A stretch of DNA of 49,074 nucleotides, taken from positions 1 to 49,074 of the forward strand of contig UYFQ01000449.1 of the NCBI GenBank assembly GCA_900617105.1, in the 5' to 3' direction. A model generated the notes under the pieces. The model did no database searches. It saw only the letters and a program-made list of their open reading frames with translations, and had not been told where the DNA came from. This document shows, one piece after another, positions 11,406 to 24,664 of this stretch. The stretch's first letter is position 1, and the number at the start of each line of letters is the position of its first letter. Both the position numbers and the translations under genes were made by a program. Source of the DNA: Hydrurus foetidus (taxonomy: Eukaryota).

Positions 11406-12130
11406 CAAGTGGCGGTAATAACGCGGTTTCGGTAATAACGCGGTTATTCGACCCGGCAGGTCCGATATCTCTCCAAATTCTTCATGAAAAAGTTTTTGTC
11501 AAACATTCTCACGGGTGATTCGATAGTTTTACATCTGTTTCGATTGTCAAAATTTTCTGAAATTGATGATTTCATCACTTTTGGCGATTCACCAATGTCG
11601 GATATAGATGAAGCAAGAGTATAAGTTAGATATTCTATCTTGTAGGTAGCAGTCATATTAGTATGGATCCGCGAGGATTTCGTACAAATCGCGATAGTCA
11701 CTGAGATGCATCAGTTTCAGAGACCAAAAATGTGCCTTTCTAACGTATTCTGGATGCGATGTCCCAATATTTCGACGAAAAACACACATTTTTGGTCTCT
11801 GAACTGATGCATCTCAGTGACTATCGCGATTTGTACGAAATCCTCGCGGATCCATACTAATATGACTGCTGCCTACAAGATAGAATATCTAACTTATACT
11901 CTTGCTTCATCTATATCCGACATTGGTGAATCGCCAAAAGTGACTAATGTCGATCTCGTGATGAAATCATAAACTTCAGAAAATTTTGACAATCGAAACA
12001 GATGTAAAACTATCGAATTACCCGTGAGAATGTTTGACAAAAACTTTTTCATGAAGAATTTGGAGAGATATCGGACCTGCTGGGTCGACTAACCGCGTTA
12101 TTACCGAAACCGCGTTATTACCGGCACTGG
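11406..12130. mobile_element. Foldback/MITE-like palindromic element 1 (arms about 330-345 bp)
   Basis: 11406-11734 is the near-perfect reverse complement of 11785-12130. Subterminal CGGTAATAACGCGGTT is present twice per end; TACT flanks both sides. Confidence 0.9.
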
Positions 12131-12312
12131 TACTGTACTTGCGATTTTGCGGATTCTTTTCATGCACGCGCCGTTAAGCTTCTGAAAATTGAACACCTCA
12201 ATATCTGCGCTGTCATTGTGTGATAGACGCTTAGTATTTTAGCGAGACAATAAATACTTCATCACACTGCGTGAGTCGCTGTATGCATCATCACGTCTAA
12301 TAGCTTTTCTCA

Positions 12313-12360
12313 CCACCCTACCCACCCTACACACCCTACACACCCTACACACCCTACACA
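12313..12360 (+). repeat. Tandem 9-mer (ACACCCTAC)n
   Basis: About 5 near-perfect units read directly. Confidence 0.85.
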
Positions 12361-12757
12361 TTAACATGCGTCTCTTTCTTTACTTCGCAATACTGAATAC
12401 TTAATGCTTATATGTATATGAGATACCACGCAATACAATCAATTGAATTAGTACATAATCCTGTAGGTATTAGGCTGTAGCATGAATAGAGGTACGCCTA
12501 TATTTTAGTGATTTACTGGATATGAAATGAAGGGTATTAAATTCCGATTATCGAATAGCGTGAAATCAGATTCCCCTTCATTCTCAATTTCCTGATACCT
12601 GGAATCAGGACAACCCAATTAATGTACTTCGAATCGAATAATCGCAACTTCTCTTCAGTCGTCATGATCATGATCAGGACAAAGTACATCTAATCTAAAC
12701 GAGCAGAGTGAAGTCCATGATCCAGTGCATGAAAACACTGTAGCAAAATACAGAGGC

Positions 12758-12792
12758 GGAGAGGTGAGAGGTGAGAGGTGAGAGGTGAGAGG
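12758..12792 (+). repeat. Tandem 7-mer (GAGAGGT)n
   Basis: About 4.5 units read directly. Confidence 0.85.
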
Positions 12793-13150
12793 AGGTGTAG
12801 TCGACAGATCCCTTTGGGGAGGAAAATGCAGTGACGTTTTTCCCTTGAAAAACGTCCCTGAAAGTGCTGTGCTACTCAAGCTGGCGATCTCTTAGCTGTA
12901 GTTCAACCCCTTCTTGTGTCTCTACTTGTTGTAGATTCGAAGCTAAAATATAGTTGGATCGAAGCAATTTCGAAAACGATGCTTCCATTTTGCAGCTGAA
13001 ATTGCTGTAGTTGGAATGAATACTGAGTATCACTGATTTGTACGAAGCGTATTTTTACTGCCTGCAAGAGGGCCAAAACGTGCAATTATCGTGGAAAGGA
13101 CTTCACAACAGGGCATCGACTTGCACTGATACTCTAGAAACTTCCTTGCC

Positions 13151-16100
13151 ATGCTGGGTAACATTATTTTGTGTGTTTTGGGCTCATGTCTGACTATTTA
13201 TTTGGCTTCTTGTGGCCAAAGGTGAGAATCAACGGCTCATCCCTCTGTTCCTCATCTTCGATGCTAACAATAAGAGCGAATTGTAAAGAATTCTGGATTC
13301 CAATATTACGCAGAACACCAACGAAAGTGAACTTCATCGTCAGCGGATTCATTTCTGGTGCTTTCTTTTTCAGTCAAGTGTCACCATACTTCGGTGCGTA
13401 GATCACGTCTACCAATTTTCAATCCGCCTTTCTTTTCCGAAAACTTCCTTGACAAGTATCATACAATTAACGATGCATAGATCCGAAGATGAGATTATTT
13501 GGAGTGCTATTGACAGTGGTGGTTTTGGCGGGAGCTCTAGTGGGAGGCGTCGTGGGAATCCTGTTGCCAAAAATATCTACTGGTCTATCTTTGGGTGTCT
13601 TGCTTTCGCTTTTCGTTGGTGTGGTAAGTCACAAATTAGACGTAGAAATTTATCGTAATGATACTTATATGTCCTAATCATCTCATGAATTTTGAAGATC
13701 ATCCACGGTTCAAGTCTTGGGAGTGACAAATACGCCATCACCTGCACCGCTGCCACGTTTGCCCTCCTAGTTGCTGGATCCATCTATGCAACCCAAGTCT
13801 TTGAGGTAACCAAAATATCGAAACGCTTTAATCACATTATAAATAACCGTTGCCTCCCTAATTGATAAACATTCTTACTGCTTAATAGTTGACCAGCTCA
13901 AGCCTCCGAACGTCCTTAGCAACTGGACTAGCGCTGGCGATGAGCATTGACTTCGTATTAGAAAAAGCACTCATAGGTAAAACAAAGCATTAGCACACCA
14001 TTTCCGTCAAAAATTATTATTATCCAATTGATTGTAATCTCTCAATCAAATTTTATTTTAGAATCAATTTCAGCGGTACTACAAATGAAATCATTTGATC
14101 TCGGACAAGCAGATTGTTTTGCAGAATGTCATGTTCCTACGCTGTTGGGTGTGTGGGCAGTAGGAGCATTCGCAACTTGGATAATGCAGAACATCCTTTC
14201 AGGACAAATGAAGCGGTGGAGTCAAAGGAGGTACACACATGCCTATCAATCCCTACTAGCTCCTAAGAATCAAACGGAATGCAAATCTTCTGCTTCACAG
14301 CAACGCACTTTCAGCTATCCGGATGCATTGGAATTTAATTTCTTCGACCCTGATATGCTGCCTGAGATGATGCAGCCGTATGCGGAAGTCGTGTTCAGTA
14401 CAGTGCAGTCCTTGGCCAAGCAATACGGATTCCAAGTGGACAATTCTCGCAATCAAGCCGAGCACCTCTTGATGATGCTAGCCAATGAGTCTTCGCCCAC
14501 CGACTCTAATCTATCCGGTGCTGTGGAGAGAGTTCACAGTAAAATGCTTCGGAACTATCGAAAGTGGTGTGATCGTATGGGGACTCCTCCTTTGTTCTCC
14601 ACTCAGAGCAACCGCAAGGCATACGCATCTACAGTGGAGGATCTGCTGGTGTACCTCCTCGTATGGGGTGAGGCCGCTAATCTGAAGCACCTCCCTGAGT
14701 GCCTGTGCTTCCTGTACCATAAAACGATGCAGGAGCACATCATCAATAGCTCGAGAGGGGTCTCACCCTCCACCTATCCCGGCTATTTCCTCGACATGGT
14801 CGTCACCCCCATCTACGAAGTCATCGCAGCATCTTTGAAGAAGAGCGAAGACAACGAGTTCAAGAAAACATATGACGACTTCAACGAATTCTTCTGGTCC
14901 CCCTCATGCATGAGATACAGGATACACGATACCGCTGACGATTCAGAGGCGGGAGGAGGCGGCTCTTGCGGATCGGATGATCACGTTTCAGTAGGAATGC
15001 AGAACGCCACTAAAACGTACTTGGAGAAACGATCTTGGCTGCATCCCTTGCTGAGCGTGCACAGGGTGTTTGAATGGCACACTATATCTTTCACCCTCTT
15101 GATGGCGTGGGCCTTTTCAAACCAGCTCGTGTGGACGTACGCCTTCACCTTCCAAGTGGCGTCATTCATATTCTGGGAGATAACTTTCTTAGGAATACTG
15201 TGGACTTGCTTAGAGGTGTGAACATTCTTTCTATGCAAAAAATTGTGTTTTGTATCCACAACTTTTTATTTCACATTTGGTATGTTGTTTGTATTTCAAA
15301 TTATAGTCTGGTACACATTCCTGGTGTTTGCGACGCTAGTTTCTATAGCGCATGATCAGTTTCAGCTGCAGATATTCAGTTTATGGTTCATAAGCATCGT
15401 GTAACATTTCACCTACAGCAAAGAATTCATGAACATTATATTGAACTAATGTCGCGATTACTATTCCTTGCTTCTTTCACTGTTTTTGTTATTCATCATA
15501 GGTGTGGACTGTGTTTCCTAACGCATCGATTTCGGGACCCAGTATCTGCGGATTTTTAATCAGGTAAGTATGTACGTACGACATCAAGAGCGGTCACTTC
15601 TTATCACTTTTTCTATTAAAACGCAGATCTCCTTTATAAATTTCTGATCATAGTCTTTCAGGTCATGCCCATGTACTGTAATATGTATAACTTACTATCC
15701 CCTCCAATGTCTTGTCTCCTCATCTGTAGATTGATGGCAGGCTATTTGGTACTAATATATCAGAGCATATACTACCACTGGTCTTTTCGCAGCGACATTT
15801 TATCTTCATCAGGCGAGCCCATGAGTAGCGAAGAGTGCAACTTCTGGTGGTGGCAGTACGTGTGGCTATCTCTCATGGCATCATCGGTCTATTTCTTGGA
15901 ATCGTTCTTGTGTTGGATGCCCAGTGCGGTGTCATCTCTTCTGTCCTATAATAATGACGTTGTGCAAGCACTGCTCAATATTTGCTATCCTACGTCACAG
16001 TTGTATGTCGGCAAGAAAATAGATGTGCCTCTAAGGGAAGCAGCGAATTACATCCTATACTGGCTGACACTGATAGCTTTCAAGCTGTGGTTTGGATACA

Positions 16101-19100
16101 GATACATCATCAATCCGGTGTCAGAGCCATCTATACAGCTATACGATTTCTACATGAACTATCCGGATATGGCCTTCTATAAGACAGCAAGTTTGATGTT
16201 TGTGTGGTGGTTTCCTCACTTCCTAGTGTACCTCATCGACCTCTCTATTTGGTATTCCTGTTGGTCATCACTGGTCGGAGGGTTTGTTGCATTGGTGGAC
16301 AGACAAGGAGCGGTTAGAGACAGTCGGTCATTCCGTGCACACTTCATGCGGTCTCCTATGGCATTCTGTCAGAAAATCATGCCGATATCATCTGATGTAG
16401 GTGCGAGATCATCAGTGGGAGTGTACCCAAGCACTGCCTCTTTATCCGGTTTGATGGCTATTGGGAGGGACATTCCAACCCCCAACCCCACATCTATCCC
16501 TTCAACTCCTCCTAGTGGTAGACATCCTAAGAAAGCTGTGTCATCCGCTGATTTGAGAAGTAATCTATTTGCACCATCAGAAGCAGCAACACCCACGTCA
16601 AACAGAACATCTCGTGATTCTGAGTCTGGTAAAGGATGGAGCGAATTCGGAGATGGGACATCTTATCAAACAATATCAGAATCAAATCTAGGAAAAGTAC
16701 CTCATTCCTCCGAGAGTGTTACAGATTTTCTAGACGTACGTTCTCAGAGATGGGTGGTGTTTGGACGTGTGTGGAACGAAATCGTGTTGAAGTTAAGAGA
16801 CACAGATCACCTATCTGACGTGGAAAAAGAAATTCTCCTTTTTTCTACATTTGATTGGCTGAGCAAGCCTATTTACCTGCCGCTATTTCAGACAGCTGGG
16901 TGTGTGGAGACATCCATGTACGCACTGAAAGAGGCAGCATCACTGTACTTAGAAGAAAAAGAACCTCAGAGGAAGCTTTTGGTACTGGACTCTTACTATG
17001 AAGGACTTGACATTACGTCCAAGGAGGCTGTCTCAGAATTGTGGGAGTTGCTAAGCTGGTTATTTGAAAGATTGCTCGGTCCCGTGCATCAAGTGGATGT
17101 GGGGAAATTAATCACTGTTGTTGGAAATTGGGCCGGTTCTGACGATATTTTCATTCGGTTAAATCCGGACGGAATTCCGGCTCTTGCATCATATGCGTCT
17201 AATGTTGTACGTGCCCTAAAGGGCTGCATAGGGGCGAGAAAGAAGAATCCAGTCGTCACACCAGACGTCATCAAGAGATCAAATGAAGCTGCCAGAAATG
17301 CGCCTTCAATAAAACTCCCCACACCATCCATGGAGGTCGCATCAACAGGAAAAAAAATCAAAAAAAGTGTCAGTACTGGATTTTTATCCGCCCTTGAGGG
17401 TGGAGATTCTATCAACGGCACTATCGGTGACGTATCAAGCAGCACAGACTCAAGCAGTACAACATCTAAAAGATACACAAAATTACAACCCTTCCGTCAA
17501 CCAGTGCAATTCTCTGATAATGTGAGAGACAAAGTTAAAGAAGACATGAGAAACCTTCTCAATTCGTTGCGGAACCTTCTCAAGGTGAAGTCAGGAGTTG
17601 ACTCTGAGGGTAAGGATTTGATCGACAGAGTGACGTTTATTCTGTCCATGGAGTCTGGGTTCCTCTGGAATGACGTGTACGCCTCGATGCAGATTGACGA
17701 GTTGGCGAGGGACATGAGGGCTCCCAGTGTGCTGAACAAAGCCAACGGTCTCCTGCAGCTGAGACAGACCCAGGTGGACCCTGCCTCCTCCGAGGCCAAC
17801 AGGCGCCTCAACTTCTTCATCAACTCCTTGTTCATGGACATGCCAAACGTGCCCAGCAGCAGGTGGGCGAAGGAGTACACCTGCATGACTCCGTACTACT
17901 CAGAGGACGTATTGCTCACCAAGGCGGACCTGGAGTCCAAGAACAGCGATGGCGTGAGCACCATCCTGTACCTCCAGACTCTCTACAAGAAGGACTGGCT
18001 CAACTTCCTAGAGAGGAGGGGCCTGTCGGACGACACCTTGATCTGGTCTGTGAAGCACCTGCAGGAGACGAGGATGTGGGCGAGTCTCAGAGCGCAGACT
18101 CTGTTCCGAACAGTGGACGGCATGATGCACAGCGAAGCAGCCATACGCCTATTAGCAGAGCTAGAAAGCACATCATTCGCAGAGATCGATGTTCTTGCGA
18201 AGTTGAAGTTCAACTATGTGGTTGCCTGTCAGGTGTACGGCCAGATGAGGAAAAACCTAGAGCACAAGGCGGACGACATAGAGTTCCTGCTGGCCAGACA
18301 CCCCAATCTCAGAGTAGCATACATCGATAATGTACGCACTAATAGGGAAGGGGATCAAGCGTATTACTCCGTGCTTATCAAACATGATCCCTCAGGGGAT
18401 ACTGCACGGACAATGGCTGTACAGGAAGTATACCGTATAAAACTCCCGGGCAACCCGGTATTAGGGGAGGGCAAGCCTGAGAACCAGAATCATGCGATCA
18501 TCTTCTCCAGAGGACGGTACCTGCAGGCCATCGACATGAACCAGGACGGGTACTTCGAAGAGAGTCTCAAGATGCGGAACCTGCTCCAGGAGTTCGACTC
18601 GGGGTGCAGCATCCTGGGGTTCAGAGAACACATCTTCACAGGCAGCGTGAGCAGTGTCGCCAACTACATGGCGCTGCAAGAGCTGTCCTTCGTGTCTCTC
18701 GGACAGAGGGTCTTGGCCCAGCCTCTGCGCATCAGGCAGCACTACGGGCACCCCGACCTCTTCGACAAGTTCTTCGTGATGACGGAAGGGGGCATGAGCA
18801 AGGCCTCTCACGGCATCAACCTCTCCGAGGACGTCTTCGCAGGGTTCAACGCCACCATCAGAGGTCACACGATCAACTTCAAGGAGTACGTACAGGTGGG
18901 CAAGGGCAGAGACGTTGGCCTGCAGCAGACGTACAAGTTCGAAGCAAAGCTCTCCCAAGGCAATGCAGAACAAAGTTTGTCAAGGGACATATACCGCATA
19001 TGCGATCGACTGGATTTCTTCCGTTTGATGAGTTTCTACTATGGGGGCATCGGTCACTACATCGCCAACACAATGGTCATGTTCACCCTCGTTGTCGTGG

Positions 19101-22087
19101 TATACACCATGCTGGGGCTAGCAGTCTACGGCCAGGAGGGAATCAACGGCAAGAGAATGACCCCCGAGGGATTATTGCAATTGCTGTTAGGAGGGATGGG
19201 CCTTCTGCAAACCATGCCACTGATGGTAACACTGACAGTTGAGAAGGGGTTCCTAAAGGCAATGAGTGAGATCGCTTGGATGTTCCTGTCTGGTGGTCCG
19301 CTCTACTTCATCTTCCAAATCCAGACCAAGTGCTACTACTTCCAACAGACCCTCTTAGCGGGTGGGGCTAAGTACCGTCCCACAGGCAGAGGATTCGTAA
19401 TTAGACACTCCCCTTTTGACGAGAACTACCGATTCTTTGCGTCCAGTCATATCTATATTGGATTTGAAATAATGGTTGCTTTAATTCTGTTTGCTATGTA
19501 TACTACAAGTATTCAGTATTGGGGATTGACATGGTCGTTGTGGCTGACTGTTGTCTCCTTCGTCCTCGGTCCATTTTGGTTCAATCCAGTGACGTTTGAG
19601 TGGAACAAGATTCAGGAGGACTACACCCAGTGGATAAGATGGATGATGGAGTCGGGGGGAACTGCAGAACAGTCTTGGGAAGTGTGGTGGAAGGAAGAGA
19701 ACTCTTTTTTCAAAGGACTATCTGTGTCATGGAAAGTAACTCTAATTGTACAGAAGTGTTGTTTGTGGTTATTAATTGGTGCGGGTATTGCTGGGAGTAG
19801 ACTGTTCAGAGACAGTGGAGAGCAGCAAAAGGTCCTGGAACTAATCGCACTGTCATGTCTGTTCATATTCTTTAATTGGTGTATCTCAAAGTTAGAGAGG
19901 TCGTTTAGTTATGCAGTGAGACGATTCTCAAGTCTAACATTGTCCACTGGCTTCATCGGAATAACAGCATACCTCTTCGTATCCCATACACTCTATGTGA
20001 AATACACCATTGCTCTATACTATGTCATGTCTTCTATTTCCTTTCTCTGTCTTCTACTTGGCTTTGCTCCGGTTGCCTATTTGTACAAAATGCATGACTA
20101 TATAGTCGGACATTCTATATTCTCCATGATTGGAATCCTATCCGCCTTCCAGGTAATTGAAACAAACACTAAACTCTTCTCAAATGCATTCTTGAAAAAA
20201 ACAATATCGTACACTTCTAACTGTATGAGCATTTGTGATATTTTACTGTTATGATTTACAGAACAGTGCATTTGATTTACAATTGTATCATAGTTATCAT
20301 CTGTCATTTGCTATCCTATAGCTACTGTAAGAATAAGAAGCCAATAAGAGCGCAAGTGTATGCACCATACCATATTAGGCATCAAGAAGCAACCTAAAGT
20401 AGAGTCTGTCATATCTCTGCTTGATTACAAAAAGTGAGACATGCATCATATGTCAGTCAGTAATCCTCTATATTGAATCCCAGCTGACACTTAATATTGC
20501 ATGATATGCTTTGCACCAGATCGGCTACATGCAAACGTGGTTGCTGTATCACAATGCACTGTCATCTGGAGTGGCCATAGAGGACATCTTGAAACATGCC
20601 AGAAAAACAAAAGAAATGGCCGGTGATGAGGTATGTACGGGTCGATAGAATCAAAAAAACGTGTATCACGTACGGATAAGAATAAAAGCACACGATATTT
20701 ACTGTTTATATCACATATTCTCAGGTATAGCATTATTGTAAGTCATATTCAAACAGGACGTTTTTTTTAATAGTCTAGATTATCAAATCCAATAAAGTCA
20801 CTCTACTGATGCTTCAATTGCATACAAGATAGTTGCAAATACACGGGAAACAGCTGATTGTATTCCATTTTTATCATGTAGGTGAGCAGTATAGCAGAGC
20901 TGAAGGCCCAGCTGGCCGAGCAGGAGAAGACGATAAAGATGCTCGTGCTGTCTAGAGGGGTAGTGGCGAGCAACTCTGATGTGGAGATGAGTGAAAGGTC
21001 TGCTCTAATCAGTCCGGGCCAGCAGTCAGCTAAAGCCAGTAGTGGAGGTAACTCTATTTAAACACGTTATTTTAAAAACTGCTACACTTTTATCGACATC
21101 TACAAATCGTCCCTCAGAATCCGCGCTACATCTCATTCAGAATCCGTAGATCCATCCTTCCAGTCTGCACATCTCAGACACACTACGCGCCTTTTCTCAT
21201 CACTCTTTATCGTATCGACATTTGTCTTTAATCTCATCACTCATTATCTCATCCAACTCAATCACAGGCGCTTCCATTCCGTCTGTCCCCGGTCCCAAGA
21301 AAGCTTCTTACGGCTCTGCGGGGTCCGGATCGGGCCTAAATATCGGGATCTCTTTAACCGACAAAACCGTGAAATCAGCTGTTGGATCCATATTTGGGAA
21401 CGGAAGTTATTCAGACCAGTCAGAATATAAGGTAAATGAGATGTTGACCAAACGAGTTGATGTGTTGATTAGACCCTATCAGTAATACCTCTACATAAAT
21501 ATGCAACATTTTACACTGTTGTGCATTAGACCACAGCAGTACGTGGTAATATGCCCTATATTTCTATCGAGAAAAGGACCTAAAAGCAAATTGAAACACT
21601 TTTTTTGGAATAGCTATGGACTCTAATCAATCAATCTCAATGATTGTATTTACAGAGTGGAGACGTAAACACGGTCCGTGCGCCATCAGCGCTGAAAAAA
21701 GATTCCCCAAAGGTCCTGCCTGTGAGCATTCTGTCGCCTCTACAGCCGCATAATGTGACTGCTAATAATGATGAGAGAGAAGGGGGCAGGGTTAGGGACT
21801 ATGAGAATCACAATGGCAGAGGGTCTGACAGATCTGATAGATTAGCCGCTGCTACTGTAGCTGCTCTTGGAGAGTCCACCAACGGCTTGAAAATTACTTC
21901 AAAAGTCTCAATGGCAACTCCTCCTAACAGCGCTAAGTCGGATGCGGATGTTAGGAACCGCTCAAACATGCCCTCATCTGCAACCCATTCCAGCCCCAGT
22001 CCGAATTCTAATTCTATTTCTAATCCGACAGACTTTGTATTCGCCCAGCCAACGACTTTCCCCTCAAGAGATTCCCCAAGAAAATAG
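13151..22087 (+). CDS. 1,3-beta-glucan synthase (GT48, FKS1/callose synthase family), multi-exon, with an N-terminal multi-TM extension; plausible chrysolaminarin synthase
   Basis: FKS1 domain 1 (YGFQVDN.RNQAEH, LLVWGEAANLKHLPECLCF, YDDFNEFFW) and GT48 core (TPYYSED, WASLRAQTLFRTV, LGEGKPENQNHAIIF, DMNQD, HYGHPD, LSEDVFAG, GKGRDVG). GT-AG exons include 14062-15215, 15502-15563, 15730-20152, 20520-20630 (QTWLLYHNA), 20882-21046, 21268-21431 and 21656-22087. The small 5' exons in 13151-13976 are less certain. Confidence 0.93.
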
Positions 22088-22139
22088 AACGTTTTTTGTG
22101 TTGTTCTGTACTTGGTGAAGAAGTACATCGATCGGATGT

Positions 22140-22170
22140 AGGATAGGATAGGATAGGATAGGATAGGATA
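22140..22170 (+). repeat. (GGATA)6 microsatellite in the 3' flank of the glucan synthase
   Basis: Read directly. Confidence 0.9.
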
Positions 22171-22474
22171 CACATTAATGTATAGAAACTCTCTGACATA
22201 AGCTAGGCGTTCAAAATTGAGAAATTTTGAAAGGTAAAAGAAAATAATTCAATCGTAGTACGCAAGTAAATGTATTACACAGTTTCTCATCCCTAATTTT
22301 AAGTTCTTGTTCTAGTTTCACGATATTGTAAATGTAAATATGCTACTGATATTTCTCGTACGCTTGCATTCTGCGGTCGAAATCCTTAGGAGTAATTTTG
22401 ATGCAGTGCACGTACGTACCAAATACTGGAGTGTAGTCTTGACGAAGCTTTTTCCTGCTGCGAAGACAGCTGCC

Positions 22475-23079
22475 CCAGTGGGTTCCAAAACTAGAAACAC
22501 ACCCAAAACTAGAAGCAGCTAGGGGAGAACTCCGTTTCAAAACTAACCATGAATAGTTCTTCAATCCATTTCTGAAGTCAAAATTTTGTGAAGCGAAAAT
22601 TTCATGTTGATTTTCCCTTTCTCTAATATACACTCTTTTCGTTGGATTCCAACTCGACTTTGAATGTATTTTGGAAGAAAGTTAGAGGTTTCATCGAGCC
22701 AGAAATGGTCGAGTTAGTCTGGGTATATTAACATTCGACTTAAAACATAACGATATTGGAAACAATATGTTTTCAGAGACAAATTTCGGTGTTATCTAGA
22801 CTAACTCGACTATTTCTGGCTCGATGAAACCTCTAACTTTCTTCCAAAATACATTCAAAGTCGAGTTGGAAGCCAACGAAAAAGAGTATATATTAGAGAA
22901 GGAAAACCAACATGAAATTTTCGTTTCACAAAATTTTGACCTCAGAAATGGAAGCAGCGGTATCAAATTACATCTACAGAATGTTTTTTTCGAAAAACTG
23001 TTCATGGGTAGTTTTGAAACGGAGTTTTCCCCTAGCTGTTTCTAGTTTTGGGTCTGTTTCTAGTTTTGGAACCCACTGG
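22475..23079. mobile_element. Foldback/MITE-like palindromic element 2
   Basis: 22475-22720 is inverted at 22798-23079, with an extra segment of about 40 bp in the right arm. Ends are CCAGTG...CACTGG, CCAAAACTAGAA occurs twice per end, and the flanks are TGCC/TGTC. Confidence 0.88.
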
Positions 23080-23385
23080 TGTCGTCATGTGTTGAGGAGT
23101 ACGGTAAGCTTCCAATTGCGCCAACCAAATTGGACGTATGAAATTTTCTGCAAAATGATCAGTCAAAACCTCTCACATGATATTGATCATCAATCGCTGT
23201 TGAATTTCCACTTTATGAGATAAAATTGCTCGAGCAGATATCATGCAGGGTGGCAGGGTGGCGCAATACCAACTTACTAGTAAGCCAAGTTAAGGAGACT
23301 GATACACAGGGAAGTTCCGTTACTTACAAGCAAATGAATACGAGACAAAATTATAACTTTTACAATATACGAAGCACGAGCACAA

Positions 23386-24111
23386 TTACTTGTTAAGGAT
23401 AGGCGCCACAATGCGGTAGATATCTCCCAAAGCATCTTTGGAAAGTTTGATGAATCTTCTCACTTCTCCGCCATTCACTCTGGGGGTCTTCGCTACCTCC
23501 TCTTCCTCGTCGTCATCTTCATCACCACCATCAGGTATTCCCTGAAATTCGACGCCTGCAACCTTAATTCCTGCTCCCTTGAGCTCCGCTCCGAGCCCTC
23601 CCAACATAATAATTGCATCCGCTACGAGGCCGTACCGTTTTATTGTGCCCAGCGACTGCTTATCTTCAGCGGAAACGTTGTCAGAGCGCACCAAAATAGT
23701 TGCAGCCTCTTCGAACTTCATGTAGGGTTTCGTCGATAGCAAATCCCCGATAGCTTGCCACTCTTGCTTTGAAGCAGCTTCTTCCATGGTTCTGATGCCA
23801 TCTAAGCAAGTCTTTACTTGCTCAACGGCGAGCTTTGTCTCAGCCAATGTACTTGATTTAATAGATCCTTGCACAGCAAAAGCAGCTGATGCTGGTAGTG
23901 CAACTACAATTGCAGCCGATAGACTTTTTGCAGTTGACCAAAATCTCTGCTGACTGACCTCTCTGTCTGACCTAGGAACCATGTTGTCGTTCACGGTCAT
24001 CAGTAAAGATTGACTTCCTTGCGTTGTCAACGATTGCCTTTTGCAGGACATTTGGAACCCATTGACTCCGGATGCAAACAACATCGTCACAGCACAAAGT
24101 TGGAAAGCCAT
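23386..24111 (-). CDS. Plastid-targeted, probably thylakoid-lumen, protein of unknown function (241 aa)
   Basis: Signal peptide ending VNG-F (ASAFAP-like Phe at +1), Ser/Thr-rich transit peptide, second hydrophobic stretch ending AFA-V, then a helical domain. Single exon. Confidence 0.75.
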   Translation of the reverse strand: MAFQLCAVTMLFASGVNGFQMSCKRQSLTTQGSQSLLMTVNDNMVPRSDREVSQQRFWSTAKSLSAAIVVALPASAAFAVQGSIKSSTLAETKLAVEQVKTCLDGIRTMEEAASKQEWQAIGDLLSTKPYMKFEEAATILVRSDNVSAEDKQSLGTIKRYGLVADAIIMLGGLGAELKGAGIKVAGVEFQGIPDGGDEDDDEEEEVAKTPRVNGGEVRRFIKLSKDALGDIYRIVAPILNK

Positions 24112-24664
24112 GATAGATCACAGGTGGGTTGGACGTTGGCTGGAATTAGGAGTCTTTGCTACGATGTCGCAATGGTCACTGGGTGATGCAAACATGCAAA
24201 CGGTGGACAACTCAACTTGATTCTCCAGCAGTGACGTTTCGTCACCCACGTCACAGGCGGAACATTCAGCCGGAGTTGCAAAAAAACAAAAACCGTATAG
24301 AACTTTGTGTAACATTACTATAAAGTACCGGATAAAACTGTTCGGTGACGCAGATAATGACATATTATACGACCGATGAAGCCTGAAGGCTGAAGCCTGC
24401 GATCATCTCTGCCTTCATTTCAGTTTGTGAAGTTTTAAACTCCGTCTCCCTTCTCTCATCTCAAATCAAAAACTTTACGGGCCAACTTTAAAAATCTCTG
24501 AAGAATCAATAATAAAGATTGGAGGACGTCATCTGCCAGCTGTTTGCAATAGAGACGATGTTCCGCCCTAACAAGTCTTTTGACTACTGAACGATTTAGA
24601 CTGACCTTTTCATCTCGCAATATGAGCTGTTCCATGTGATCGATCCAATCATAGTGAGGAAGCA

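Noticed and set aside
11444..11701. ORFs within the foldback arms (also 22343..23223)
   Set aside because: Mirrored by the palindrome, disrupted by arm indels and lacking protein motifs.
12313..12360. CCCTA-containing repeat as an interstitial telomere
   Set aside because: The 9-mer unit does not match TTAGGG or TTTAGGG and the tract is short.
17497..19242. Several long overlapping and antisense ORFs in the glucan synthase core
   Set aside because: Shadow frames caused by high third-position GC; no recognisable motifs.
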